In this document: piece after piece, positions 41,652 through 54,845 of the stretch
Position numbering within the stretch: position 1 is the first letter of the stretch
How the letters are laid out: every line of letters begins with the position of its first letter
DNA from: Chrysomallon squamiferum
Taxonomy: Eukaryota > Animalia > Mollusca
Assembly: GCA_012295275.1 (NCBI GenBank)
Contig: CM022667.1
Coordinates: 20,336,001-20,400,000 of the forward strand
Length of the DNA stretch: 64,000 bases
Reading direction: 5' to 3'
Made by a program: the position numbers and the translations under genes
Notes under the pieces: generated by a model
Told to the model about the DNA's origin: nothing
The model's database searches: none
The model's input: only the letters and a program-made list of their open reading frames with translations

Positions 41652-42506
41652 ATGATGATGATGATAATGTGATGCTGATCATTATTACAATGATGATCAA
41701 AATTAGTTTTTCACACATTTTTGAAAATAATAATAATAAAATAAGATTAAAATTAGTTTTTAGAGATTTTTCCAAATATATTTAAATTAAACAAACAATT
41801 AAATAAATAATGATAGAAATACATCAAAGACGGAATAAATGTGTATTTATCTGTGTATTTGAACATTACAATGTTATGTGTTTCTTGAAATGCATCCCAC
41901 TTCACTGTGATCATAAATGAGCTAGTGTATTTTTAAATATTACATTGCGTGTTTTATTTATTTATTTGTTTATTTATTTATTTTTTTAGTTTTGTTAGAA
42001 GCAAAACAGCATTGATACGTAGACAGAAAAATAAAAAAAAAAAATAATAAATAAATAAAAAGAAAATAAAAAGGAAAAAGAAAATGTTAAATAAATATAA
42101 TAATAATAATAATAATAACACTAATACTGCTACGTACCAACTTTCACAAACGAAGGTTTTCGCATCCGGCTCCCTGCCAGTTGTGTACGTGTAACCCGTG
42201 GCGGGCGAATCGTACGTGTACACGAGGAAGTACGGTAAACCATCCTGCACGTCGACTGTGAAATTGGCGCCAGTGTCACACCACATCCAGTGTCGAACGT
42301 CGAAAACACACATCCCCATATGACACACATCCCCATATGTCTGGAAAAACGTTCATTGTATTTGCGTGTGTGTATATGTGTGTGTGTGTATGTATGTATG
42401 TATGTATGTATGTGTGGGTGTGTATGTATGTATGTATGTATGTATGAATGTATGTATGTATGTATGTATGTGTGTGTGTGTATGTATGTATGTATGTATG
42501 TATGTA

Positions 42507-42537
<31 letters not shown>

Positions 42538-43851
42538 ATGTATGTATGTATGTATGTATGTGTGTGATTGTGTATGTATGTATGTATGTATACATAATTT
42601 AATGAAAACAAATTTGGTGATCTATTCAGAAGTTAATTTGACATAATTTAATGAAAACAAATACATTTGGTATCTGTTTCCGTCAAAGCCAGAGATTGCT
42701 GAAAACAGGTACATTTTGAGGAGGCGTACCAAAATATTACAAATGAACACAGTCAATAAGTTATTAGCTTAATTCATCACAGCTTATAAAATAAGTATAT
42801 ATTATATTTGAGGGTTTATCCTCAAACATAATTTCATAACTCTGCACACATTCCTTTGGAAAACGGAAGCGTTGCAGAATTCACTTTCACTATAGACGTC
42901 AAATGGATAAAACTGTATGCTACAAAACATTCGGTTCATTTTCTTGCAGAATGTCAGTGCCATCAATACCACTGTCAGACATATTTCCAAGGATCGATAT
43001 CATAAATAACTGGTGTTGTTTAAAAACGTAGTTTAAATACACGAAAACATTCTAGATCAAAATACACACTCACCATTTGAACTGGCTAGCTCATTAACCC
43101 ACAGCAATTCAATACACACTCACCATTTGAACTGGCTAGCTCATTAACCGACAGCAATTCAATACACACTCACCATTTGAACTGGCTAGCTCATTAACCG
43201 ACAGCAATTCAATACACACTCACCATTTGAACTGGCTAGCTCGTTAACCCACAGCAGTTCATCAGCCGTCTCCAGTTGCGCCAGGTGAGCGTTGTGACCC
43301 AGACAAACTCCCTACATAAACACAGACACACGGACACACACACACAGATATATATATATATACATATATATTACTCGTATAAAATGGAATTAAACAGTTT
43401 AACTTTTTTTATTTTATTATTAAATTGTTAGTAATAATATACCAATTCTTACCACTTATTATTGATTTATTATTTTCCCTTGGAGTTACATCTATACGTA
43501 TATGTGCGATAATTTAATTAATTATGTGTGAGAGATGTTCACTGGTATATTTAGAGTTAAACCCCTTGTGTGAGAGATGTTCACTGGTATATTTAGAGTT
43601 ACTGCCCTTGTGTGAGATATGTTCACTGGTATATTTAGAGTTATTGCCTTGTATGAGAGGTGTTCAATGGTATATTTAGAGTTACAGCCCTTATGTGAGA
43701 GATGTTCACTGCTATAAATAAAACAGTCAATTTCGGTATGGCTGTTGTAGATGAGATATTTTCTCTTTCAGAATGTCGTGAGAACTGGATGGAGTTCAAA
43801 GGACGCTGCTATGCTTATTTTCGAACTTACGTTTCATGGTCTGAAGCGGCG
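41533..43851 (-). pseudogene. Partial lectin-gene copy 1: exons 5-7 plus inverted exon 4; exon 6 frameshifted
   Basis: Exon 5 (~43311-43224) is intact. Exon 6 (~42340-42138) has a local cacatccccata duplication near 42310 that shifts the frame. Exon 4 lies on the opposite strand at 43772-43851. Exons 1-3 are absent. Confidence 0.75.
43062..43260 (-). repeat. 50-bp exon-end plus donor tandem repeat, 4 copies (unit 1)
   Basis: aatacacactcaccatttgaactggctagctcattaacccacagcaattc repeated. Confidence 0.9.
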
Positions 43852-44671
43852 GTAAATTTTAAACGCATTTTAAATACAATCTTCCTTTCACAGTTGCATT
43901 TGATAATTAGGGTTCATCAGACCGTGATAGAAACAAATAAAACTAAGATCAATTAAATTTTCGCAAATATTAGTACTAAGAATTTAATTAAAAGTTGTTT
44001 AATTGTGTAATTTCACTGTATTTCATTAATATATATATATAAACATATAATAAAAGAACAGTCAGTATAATTAATTAAATTATCGCACATATACGTATAG
44101 ATGTAACTCCAAGGGAAAATAATAAATCTGTTTTCATATTAAAGGGAAATAACTCTATTTGTGAATATATTCGCTGGTAACTATTATTAAGAAATATTTT
44201 ATTTAATATAATAAATATTCATTTGTTACTCCTTTTACCATCGGACAAAAGTATAGTGTAGAAAACAATTATTGTACTTTTAAGTTTTCACTATCCTTAT
44301 CATATTTCAAGTTCAGAGTTATATCAAAATATAAATTTTCTTTTTGTAAATTTTAGATTTCAACAAATTAGATATTTTCAACATTGAATTATTATTATTA
44401 ATATAAAAAAATGTTATTTACCTTTTATATATTGATATACTTATATAACAAAGAAAGAACATCCTATAAATATTTCCATCTGATCTATAATTTTAATATA
44501 AAAATCATCCATTATTTAAAATGCTTATCAAATGATTAAACAGTGTCCACTAATTAAATTCAATTAAATTATTGGATTCCATTGGTTGAAAATACACCTG
44601 AACATTAATCACAAGCGAATATATTGACATATCGAGTTATCTCCCTTTAGCATGAAAACGAATAACCTCTT

Positions 44672-45775
44672 TATGTTCGTTTTAACCTGAATAATCAAGC
44701 TGAAAAAAAAATATAAGAAAGGGGAGATAACTCTATCCGAGAGGTTATTCGTTTTCATGCTAAAGGGAGATAACTCTATATAAGAATATGTTCGTTTTAA
44801 CCTGAATAATCAAGGAGAAAAATGTAACAAAGGGGAGATAACTCTATCGGAGAGGTTATTCGTTTTCATGCTAAAGGGAGATAACTCTATATAAGAATAT
44901 GTTCGTTTTAACATGAATAATCAAGGAGAAAAATTTAACAAAGGGGAGATAACTCTATCGGAGAGGGTATTCTTTTTCATGCTAAAGGGAGATAACTCTA
45001 TATAAGAATATGTTCGTTTTAACCTGAATAATCAAGCTGAAAAATGTAACAAAGGGGAGATAATTCTATCCGAGAGGTTATTCGTTTTCTTGCTAAAGGG
45101 AGATAACTCTATATAAGAATATGTTCGTTTTAACCTGAATAATCAAGGAGAAAAGTGTAACAAAGGGGAGATAACTCTATCGGAGAGGTTATTCGTTTTC
45201 ATGCTAAAGGGAGATAACTCTATATAAGAATATGTTCGTTTTAACCTGAATAATCAAGGAGAAAAATGTAACAAAGGGGAGATAACTCTATCCGAGAGGT
45301 TATTCGTTTTCTTGCTAAAGGGAGATAACTCTATATAAGAATATGTTCGTTTTAACCTGAATAATCAAGGAGAAAAATGTAACAAAGGGGAGATAACTCT
45401 ATCCGAGAGGTTATTCGTTTTCATGCTAAAGGGAGATAACTCTATATAAGAATATGTTCGTTTTAACCTGAATAATCAAGCTGAAAAATGTAACAAAGGG
45501 GAGATAATTCTATCCGAGAGGTTATTCGTTTTCTTGCTAAAGGGAGATAACTCTATATAAGAATATGTTCGTTTTAACCTGAATAATCAAGGAGAATAAT
45601 GTAACAAAGGGGAGATAACTCTATCGGAGAGGTTATTCGTTTTCATGCTAAAGGGAGATAACTCTATATAAGAATATGTTCGTTTTAACCTGAATAATCA
45701 AGGAGAAAAATGTAACAAAGAGGAGATAACTCTATCAGAGAGGTTATTCGTTTTCATGCTAAAGGGAGTAACTCT
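44672..45775. repeat. 111-bp satellite array, about 10 copies (unit 1)
   Basis: Period of 111 bp (44801, 44912, 45023...); unit aacctgaataatcaaggagaaaaatgtaacaaaggggagataactctatcggagaggttattcgttttcatgctaaagggagataactctatataagaatatgttcgtttt. Confidence 0.95.
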
Positions 45776-46584
45776 AAATATAGCAGTGAACACCTCTCAC
45801 ATAAGGGCGGTAACTCTAAATATACCAGTGAACATCTCTCACACAAAGGCGGTAACTAAATTTGTCAGTGAACATCTCTCACATAATGGCGGTATTGTTA
45901 ACAAATGTTATAATACAAATAAACTAATAAACAGAAATTACGAATCTCAATAGTATGTCAGTTCAAAATGTCAAAAAATAATTATAATTTATTCTTTAAA
46001 TTCCATACACAGACTCTAATATTTTGCCAATACTCAGCTCAGTGTTATGTATAAAATCATTAATTAAATATTCATTGTGTGTGTGTGTGTGTGTGTTGTA
46101 ATGAAGTTTTTTTACCGTATCAGAATAAACTGATTTTTTCAAATAATAAATTTGAAATGTTGTTTTTTCATTCTGTGACAGTCGAAAATATATTTATAAA
46201 AATAACAAATACAAACCTTTTTATTATTCATATCAAAGCATAGAGAACACAACGCACTGTCACAAGTGTATGTTATTACTCTACACATGTTACACAAAAT
46301 TATACTTACACTTAGTAATCCTGCTATGTTACTATTCCACATGCCAGTTATCTACAATATTTTATATCGGATACACTGCACTTTGTTTTTGCTTAGGCTC
46401 ATGCGTATGGACAGATTGGGACAACTTCAGATAAATGAATATTAGATAAAACTTTACTTTAGTAAAATCACGTGTTAATGATGTAATTAACAAAATACTG
46501 AGCAGATAAAAATGCATACACAGAAATGGGGCGCGCACACACACACACACACTACATACATACATAAACATAGTCGCGCACGCA

Positions 46585-46633
<49 letters not shown>

Positions 46634-46928
46634 CATACATACATAAACATAGACGCGCACACATACACACGTTATTTCCTTTGATTTCTTCAACACCGCA
46701 ACAAACATTTGTTTCTTTGCAAGTACATAAAAACTCTTTCGACTTCGATTTCCGTCATTAAATCCTTTTCTGTAGTTGAAACATTTATTTGTTTTTGCTT
46801 TTACGAAACAGCTGACATAATTAATACGTTTAGTTATTTTGTTTTATACCAGTTCAAACATAGATAAGTATATAATCTGCTTTGATATTGTATTCCTTTT
46901 ATCTTTTATTGCAATGGAATCTTATTTA

Positions 46929-46969
<41 letters not shown>

Positions 46970-47527
46970 GTTCGTTATTGTTATTTTTGACGTAATTTGT
47001 TTATATCGCTTCTACGTGTTTGGCATCTGACAAGTATCTGTGGTGCTGGCAATATTTGGTAATGTTCTCAGTGGTTTCTAATATTCAGTTTTGCTCACTG
47101 TTAAGGCAATTTGTATACTTTTTCTCTTTACCACTTCCGTATCTTGTTCTTTTTCTTCTTGTAAATACTTTTAAACCGGTAAGACTTTCCGTGAATATAG
47201 TTTTAAGTTTAGTTAATACTTTCAACAACCGCAGTGCATTATGGGTTTATGTGTGTTGCAATATTCTTTATTTTAATTAATTAATTATAAATATGAATAT
47301 AAAATAAAGAAAAACTCGAAATAAAATAAAATAAAATAAAATTCGATCGACAATGTTAATATTTTATTATTTTTTCAATGCTGAATATCGGTTGGTTTTG
47401 TCTAATATGTTTTTAGAAATAAGCCCTGGAACGATATCGGCTCCTTCCGATATTCGTGGCTCTTATGCTAGATTTTAACAGTTTATATAAATATAAATCA
47501 GTCAAGTTCAAATCTTCATCAGAGAAA

Positions 47528-48146
47528 TTACCTGAAAAAAAAAAAAAAAAAAAAAAAAATTTAATAAAATAAAATAAATATTTTTTTAATATATATATTT
47601 GTTTTAAATAAATAAATAAATAGTTATAATGATGATGATAATGTGATGCTGATCATTATTACGATGATGATGACAATAACAACACATATATGAAAATAAT
47701 AATAATAAAATAAGATCAAAATTAGTTTTTCAGAGATTTTTCCAAATATATTGTTATTAAATTTGCATTTAATAGTTGATTACTAGTACTTGAAGTCTAA
47801 ACTTTAAATCAAACAAACAAATAAATAAATAATGATAGAAATACATCAAAGACGGAATAAATGTGTATTTATCTGTGTATTTGAACATTACAATGTTATG
47901 TGTTTCTTGAAATGCATGCCACTTCACTGTGACCATAAATGAGCTAGTGTATTTTTAAATATTACATTGCGTGTTTTATTTATTTATTTGTTTATTTATT
48001 TATTTTTGTTAGAAGCAAAACAGCATTGATAAAACGACTGAAAAAAAAACAAAAGAAAATAAAAAAAGGAAAAAGGAAAAAGAAAATGTTAAATAAAATA
48101 TAATAATAATAATAATAAAAAATAATAAAATAATAATAATAAATAA

Positions 48147-48193
<47 letters not shown>

Positions 48194-48437
48194 TACCACT
48201 AATACTGCTACATACCAACTTTCACAAACGAAGGTTTTCGCATCCGGCTCCCTGCCAGTTGTGTACGTGTAACCCGTGGCGGGCGAATCGTACGTGTACA
48301 CGAGGAAGTACGGTAAACCCTCCTGCACGTCGACTGTGAAATTGGCGCCAGTGTCACACCACATCCAGTGTCGAACGTCGAAAACATTTGACGCACATCC
48401 CCATATGTCTGGAAAAACGTTCATTGTATTTGCGTGT

Positions 48438-48484
<47 letters not shown>

Positions 48485-50005
48485 ATGTATGTATGTATGT
48501 ATGTATGTATGTATGTATGTGTGTGTGTGAGTATGTATGTATGCATGTATGTATGTTTGTATGTATTTGGTGATCGTCAGAAGTTAATTTTACATAATTT
48601 AATGAAAACAAATATACGAGCTATTCATTAGCGTCGGGTGAAAAGAATGGTAATAAGCAAGACATTTGGTATCTGTTTCCGTCAAAGCCAGAGATTGCTG
48701 AAAACAGATACATTTTAAGGAGGCGTACCAAAATATTACAAATGAACACAGTCAATAAGTTATTAGCTTAATTCATCACAGCTTATAAAATAAGTATACA
48801 TTATATTTGTGGATTTATCCTCAAACATTATTTCATAACTCTGCACACATTCCTTTGGAAAACCACTGGAAGCAAGGATCGACATCATAAATAACTGGTG
48901 TTGCAGGAATTCACATTTCACTACAGACTCCAAATGGATAAAACTGTATGCTACAAAACATTCGGTTAATTTTCTTGCAGAATTTCAGTGCCATCAATAC
49001 CACTGTCAGACATATTTCCAAGGATCGATATCATAAATAACTGGTGTTGTTTAAAAACGTAGTTTAAATACACGAAAACATTCTAGATCAAAATACACAC
49101 TCACCATTTGAATTGGCTAGCTCATTAACCCACAGCAATTCAATACACACTCACCATTTGAACTGGCTAGCTCATTAACCGACAGCAATTCAATACACAC
49201 TCACCATTTGAACCGGCTAGCTCATTAACCCACAGCAATTCAATACACACTCACCATTTGAACTGGCAGCTCATTAACCGACATTTGAACTCATTTGAAC
49301 TGATTAACCGACAGCAGTTCAATACACACTCACCATTTTGAACTGCTCATTAAGCTCAGTTAACCTCACCATTTGAACAGCAGTTCATCAGCCGTCTCCA
49401 GTTGTGGCCCAGACAAACTCCCTACATAAACACAGACACACAAACAGACAGATATATATATATATATATATACATATATATTACTCGTATAAAATGGAAT
49501 TAAACAGTTTAACATTTTTTTATTATTATTAAATTGTTAGTAATAATATACCAATTCTTAGCACTTATTATTGATTTATTATTTTCCCTTGGAGTTACAT
49601 CTATACGTATATGTGCGATAATTTAATTAATTATGTGTGAGAGATGTTCACTGGTATATTTAGAGTTACACCCCTTGTGTGAGAGATGTTCACTGGTATA
49701 TTTAGAGTTACTGCCCTTGTGTGAGATATGTTCACTGGTATATTTAGAGTTATTGCCTTGTATGAGAGGTGTTCAATGGTATATTTAGAGTTACAGCCCT
49801 TATGAAGTGAGAGATGTTCACTGGTATATTTAGAGTTACAGCCCTTATGTGAGAGATGTTCACTGCTATAAATAAAACAGTCAATTTCGGTATGGCTGTT
49901 GTAGATGAGATATTTTCTCTTTCAGAATGTCGTGAGAACTGGATGGAGTTCAAAGGACACTGCTATGCTTATTTTCGAACTTACGTTTCATGGTCTGAAG
50001 CGGCG
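47528..50005 (-). pseudogene. Partial lectin-gene copy 2: exon 5 damaged, exons 6-7 intact, inverted exon 4
   Basis: Exon 5 near 49400 lacks ~16 nt (gttg[cgccaggcgagcgttg]tggccc) and has a scrambled donor end. Exon 6 is open (DVQEGLPY). Inverted exon 4 is at 49926-50005. Confidence 0.75.
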
Positions 50006-50825
50006 GTAAATTTTAAACGCATTTTAAATACAATCTTCCTTTCACAGTTGCATTTGATAATTAGGGTTCATTAGACCGTGATAGAAACAAATAAAACTAA
50101 GATCAATTAAATTTTCGCAAATATTAGTACTAAGAATTTAATTAAAAGTTGTTTAATTGTGTAATTTCACTGTATTTCATTAATATATTTATATAAACAT
50201 ATAATAAAAGAACGGTCTGTATAATTAATTAAATTATCGCACATATACGTATAGATGTAACTCCAAGGGAAAATAATAAATCTGTTTTCATATTAAAGGG
50301 AAATAACTCTATTTGTGAATATATTCGCTGGTAACTATTATTAAGAAATATTTTATTTAATATAATAAATATTCATTTGTTACTCCTTTTACCATCGGAC
50401 AAAAGTATAGTGTAGAAAACAATTCTTGTACTCTTAAGTTTTCACTATACTTATCATATTTCAAGTTCAGAGTTATATCAAAATATAAATTTTCTTTTTG
50501 TAAATTTTAGATTTCAACAAATTAGATATTTTCAACATTGAATTATTATTATTAATATAAAAAAATGTTATTTACCTTTTATATATTGATATACTAATAT
50601 AACAAAGAAAGAACATCCTATAAATATTTCCATCTGATCTATAATTTTAACGTAAAAATCATTCATTATTTAAAATGCTTATCAAATGATTAAACAGGGT
50701 CCGCTAATTAAATTCAATTAAATTATTGGATTCCATTGGTTGAAAATACACCTGAACATTAATCACAAGCGAATATATTGACATATCGAGTTATCTCCCT
50801 TTAGCATGAAAACGAATAACCTCTT

Positions 50826-52030
50826 TATGTTCGTTTTAACCTGAATAATCAAGCTCAAAAAAAATATAAGAAAGGGGAGATAACTCTATCCGAGAGGTTA
50901 TTCGTTTTCTTGCTAAAGGGAGATAACTCTATATAAGAATATGTTCGTTTAAACCTGAATAATCAAGGAGAAAAATGTAACAAAAAATGTAACAAGAGGG
51001 AGATAACTATCCGGGAGGTTATTCGTTTTAACCTGAATAATCATGAAAACTAACAAAGGGAGATAACTATCGGAGAGGTTATTATATAAGATAACTCTAT
51101 ATAAGAATATGTTCGTTTTAACATGAATAATCAAGGAGAAAAAATAACAAAGGGGAGATAACTCTATCCGAGAGGTTATTCGTTTTCATGCTAAAGGGAG
51201 ATAACTCTATATAAGAATATGTTCGTTTTAACCTGAATAATCAAGCTCAAAAAAAATTGAACAAAGGGGAGATAATTCTATCCGAGAGGTTATTCGTTTT
51301 CTTGCTAAAGGGAGATAACTCTATATAAGAATATGTTCGTTTTAACCTGAATAATCAAGGAGAAAAATTGAACAAAGGGGAGATAACTCTATCGGAGAGG
51401 TTATTCGTTTTCATGCTAAAGGGAGATAACTCTATATAAGAATATGTTCGTTTTAACATGAATAATCAAGGAGAAAAATGTAACAAAGGGGAGATAACTC
51501 TATCGGAGAGGTTATTCGTTTTCATGCTAAAGGGAGATAACTCTATATAAGAATATGTTCGTTTTAACCTGAATAATATAACGAAGGGGAAATAACTATC
51601 GGAGAGGGTATTCGTTTTAACCTAAAGGGAGAATAATCTATATAAGAATATGTTCGTTTTAACCTGAATAATCAAGGAGAAAAATGTAACAAAGGGGAGA
51701 TAACTCTATCCGAGAGGTTATTCGTTTTCTTGCTAAAGGGAGATAACTCTATATAAGAATATGTTCGTTTTAACCTGAATAATCAAGGAGAAAAATGTAA
51801 CAAAGGGGAGATAACTCTATCGGAGAGGTTATTCGTTTTCGTGCTAAAGGGAGATAACTCTATATAAGAATATGTTCGTTTTAACCTGAATAATCAAGGA
51901 GAAAAATGTAACAAAGGGGAGATAACTCTATCGGAGAGGTTATTCGTTTTCGTACTAAAGGGAGTAACTCTAAATATGGTTTTAACCTGAATAATCAGTG
52001 AAAAAATCTAACAAAAGGGAGGTAACTCTA
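50826..52030. repeat. 111-bp satellite array, about 10-11 partly scrambled copies (unit 2)
   Basis: Same unit as 44672-45775. Confidence 0.9.
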
Positions 52031-52371
52031 AATATACTAGTGAACATCTTTGTCACACAAAGGCGTAAACTAAAAGTGAACACCTCTCACATAAGGGCGG
52101 TAACTCTAAATATGTCAGTGAACATCTCTCACACAAAGGCGGTAACTCTAAATTTACCAGTGAACATCTCTCACATAATGGCGGTATTGTTAACAAATGT
52201 TATAATACAAATAAACTAATAAACAGAAATTATGAATCACAACAGTATGTCAATTCAAAATGTCAAATAATAATTATAATTTATTCTTAAAATTCCATAC
52301 ACAGACTCTAATATTAATTTTGCCAATACTCAGCTCAGTGTATGTATAAAATCTTTAATTAAATATTCATT

Positions 52372-52422
<51 letters not shown>

Positions 52423-52903
52423 AATGAAGATTTTTTACCGTATCAGAATAAACTGATTTTTTTCAAATAATAAATTTGAAATGTTGTTTTTTCATTCTGT
52501 AACAGTCAAAAATATATTTATAAAAATAACAAATACAAATCTTTTTATTATTCATATCAAAGCATATCAAGAAAAAACAGGTTGCATTTTGGAAATATCT
52601 TACTTCCTAGAGAACACAAGTTTTATTGCACTGTCACAAGTGTATGTTATTACTATACACATGTTACACAAAATTATACTTACACTTAGTAATCCTGCTA
52701 TGTTACTATTCCACATGCCAGTTGATACAATATTTTATATCGGTTACACTGCACTTTGTTTTTGCTTAGGCTCATGCGTATGGACAGATTGGGACAACTT
52801 CAGATAAATGAATATTAGATAAAAGTTGACTTTAGTAAAATCGCGTGTTAATTATGTAATTAACAAAATACTGAGCAGATAAAAATACATACACAGAAAT
52901 GGT

Positions 52904-52972
<69 letters not shown>

Positions 52973-53260
52973 CATACATACATAAACATAGACGCGCACA
53001 CATACACACGTTTTTTCCTTTGATTTCTTCAACACCGCAACAAACATTTGTTTCTTTGCAAGTACATAAAAGCTCTTTCGACTTTGATTTCCGTCATTAA
53101 ATCCTTTTCTGTAGTTGAAACATTTATTTGTTTTTGCTTTTATGAGACAGCTGACATAATTAATACGTTTAGTTATTTTGTTTTATACCAGTTCAAACAT
53201 AGATGAGTATATAATCTGCTTTGATATTGTTTTCCTTTTATCTTTTATTGCAATGGAATC

Positions 53261-53321
<61 letters not shown>

Positions 53322-53909
53322 GTTCGTTATTGTTATTTTTGACGTAATTTGTTTATATCGCTTCTACGTGTTTGGCATCTGACAAGTATCTGTGGTGTTG
53401 GCAATATTTGGTAATGTTCTCATTGGTTTCTAAAATTCAGTTTTGCTTACTGTTAAGGCAGTTTGTATACTTTTTCTCTTTACCACTTCCGTATCTTGTT
53501 CTTTTTCTTCTTGTAAATACTTTTAAACCGGTAAGACTTTCCGTCAACATAGTTTTAAGTTTAGGTAATACTTTCAACAACCGCAGTGCATTATGGGTTT
53601 ATGTTTGTTGCAATATTCTTTATTTGAATTAATTAATTATAAATATGAATATAAAATAAAGTAAAACTCGAAATAAAATAAAATAAAATAAAATACGATA
53701 ACATCAATAAATAAATAATAATAATTCGATCGACAATGTTAATATTTTATTATTTTTTCAATGCTGAATATCGGTTGGTTTTGTCTAATATGTTTTAGAA
53801 ATAAGCCCTGGAACGATATCGGCTCCTTCCGATATTCGTGGCTCTTATGCTAGATTTTAACAGTTTATATAAATATAAATCAGTCAAGTTCAAATCTTCA
53901 TCAGAGAAA

Positions 53910-54479
53910 TTACCTGAAAACAAAAAAAATAAAAACATTAATAAAATAAAATAAATATTTTTTTACTTTTATTTTTATAAATAAATAAATAAATAATTAT
54001 GATGATGACGATAATGTACGATAATGTAATGCTGATCATTATTACGATGATGATGACAATAACAACACATATATGAAAATATTAATAATAAAATAAGATC
54101 AAAATTAGTTTTTCAGAGATTTTTCCAAATATATTGTTATTAAATTTGCTTTTAATAGTTGATTACTAGTACTTGAAGTCTAAACTTTAAATCAAACAAA
54201 CAAACAAACAAATAAATAAATAATGATAGAAATACATCAAAGACGGAATAAATGTGTATTTATCTGTGTATTTGAACATTACAATGTTATGTGTTTCTTG
54301 AAATGCATGCCACTTCACTGTGACCATAAATGAGCTAGTGTATTTTTAAATATTCCATTGCGTGTTTTATTTATTTATTTATTTATTTATTTTTGTTAGA
54401 AGCAAAACAGCATTGATACGACGACAGAAAAAATAAAAATAAAATAAAATAAAATAAGGAAAAAGAAAAAGTTAAATAA

Positions 54480-54569
<90 letters not shown>

Positions 54570-54811
54570 TACCACTAATACTGCTACATACCAACTTTCA
54601 CAAACGAAGGTTTTCGCATCCGGCTCCCTGCCAGTTGTGTACGTGTAACCCGTGGCGGGTGAATCGTACGTGTACACGAGGAAGTACGGTAAACCATCCT
54701 GCACGTCGACTGTGAAATTGGCGCCAGTGTCACACCACATCCAGTGTCGAACGTCGAAAACATTTGACGCACATCCCCATATGTCTGGAAAAACGTTCAT
54801 TGTATTTGCGA

Positions 54812-54845
<34 letters not shown>

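Noticed and set aside
42276-42646. HT/YI/VCMY-rich, poly-I, poly-N and ER/LS ORFs (also 11875, 21270, 58272, 60849, 62574)
   Set aside because: Translations of microsatellites.
43702-43956. Separate plus-strand lectin gene (also 49856-50074)
   Set aside because: Only a single inverted copy of exon 4, with no other plus-strand lectin exons.
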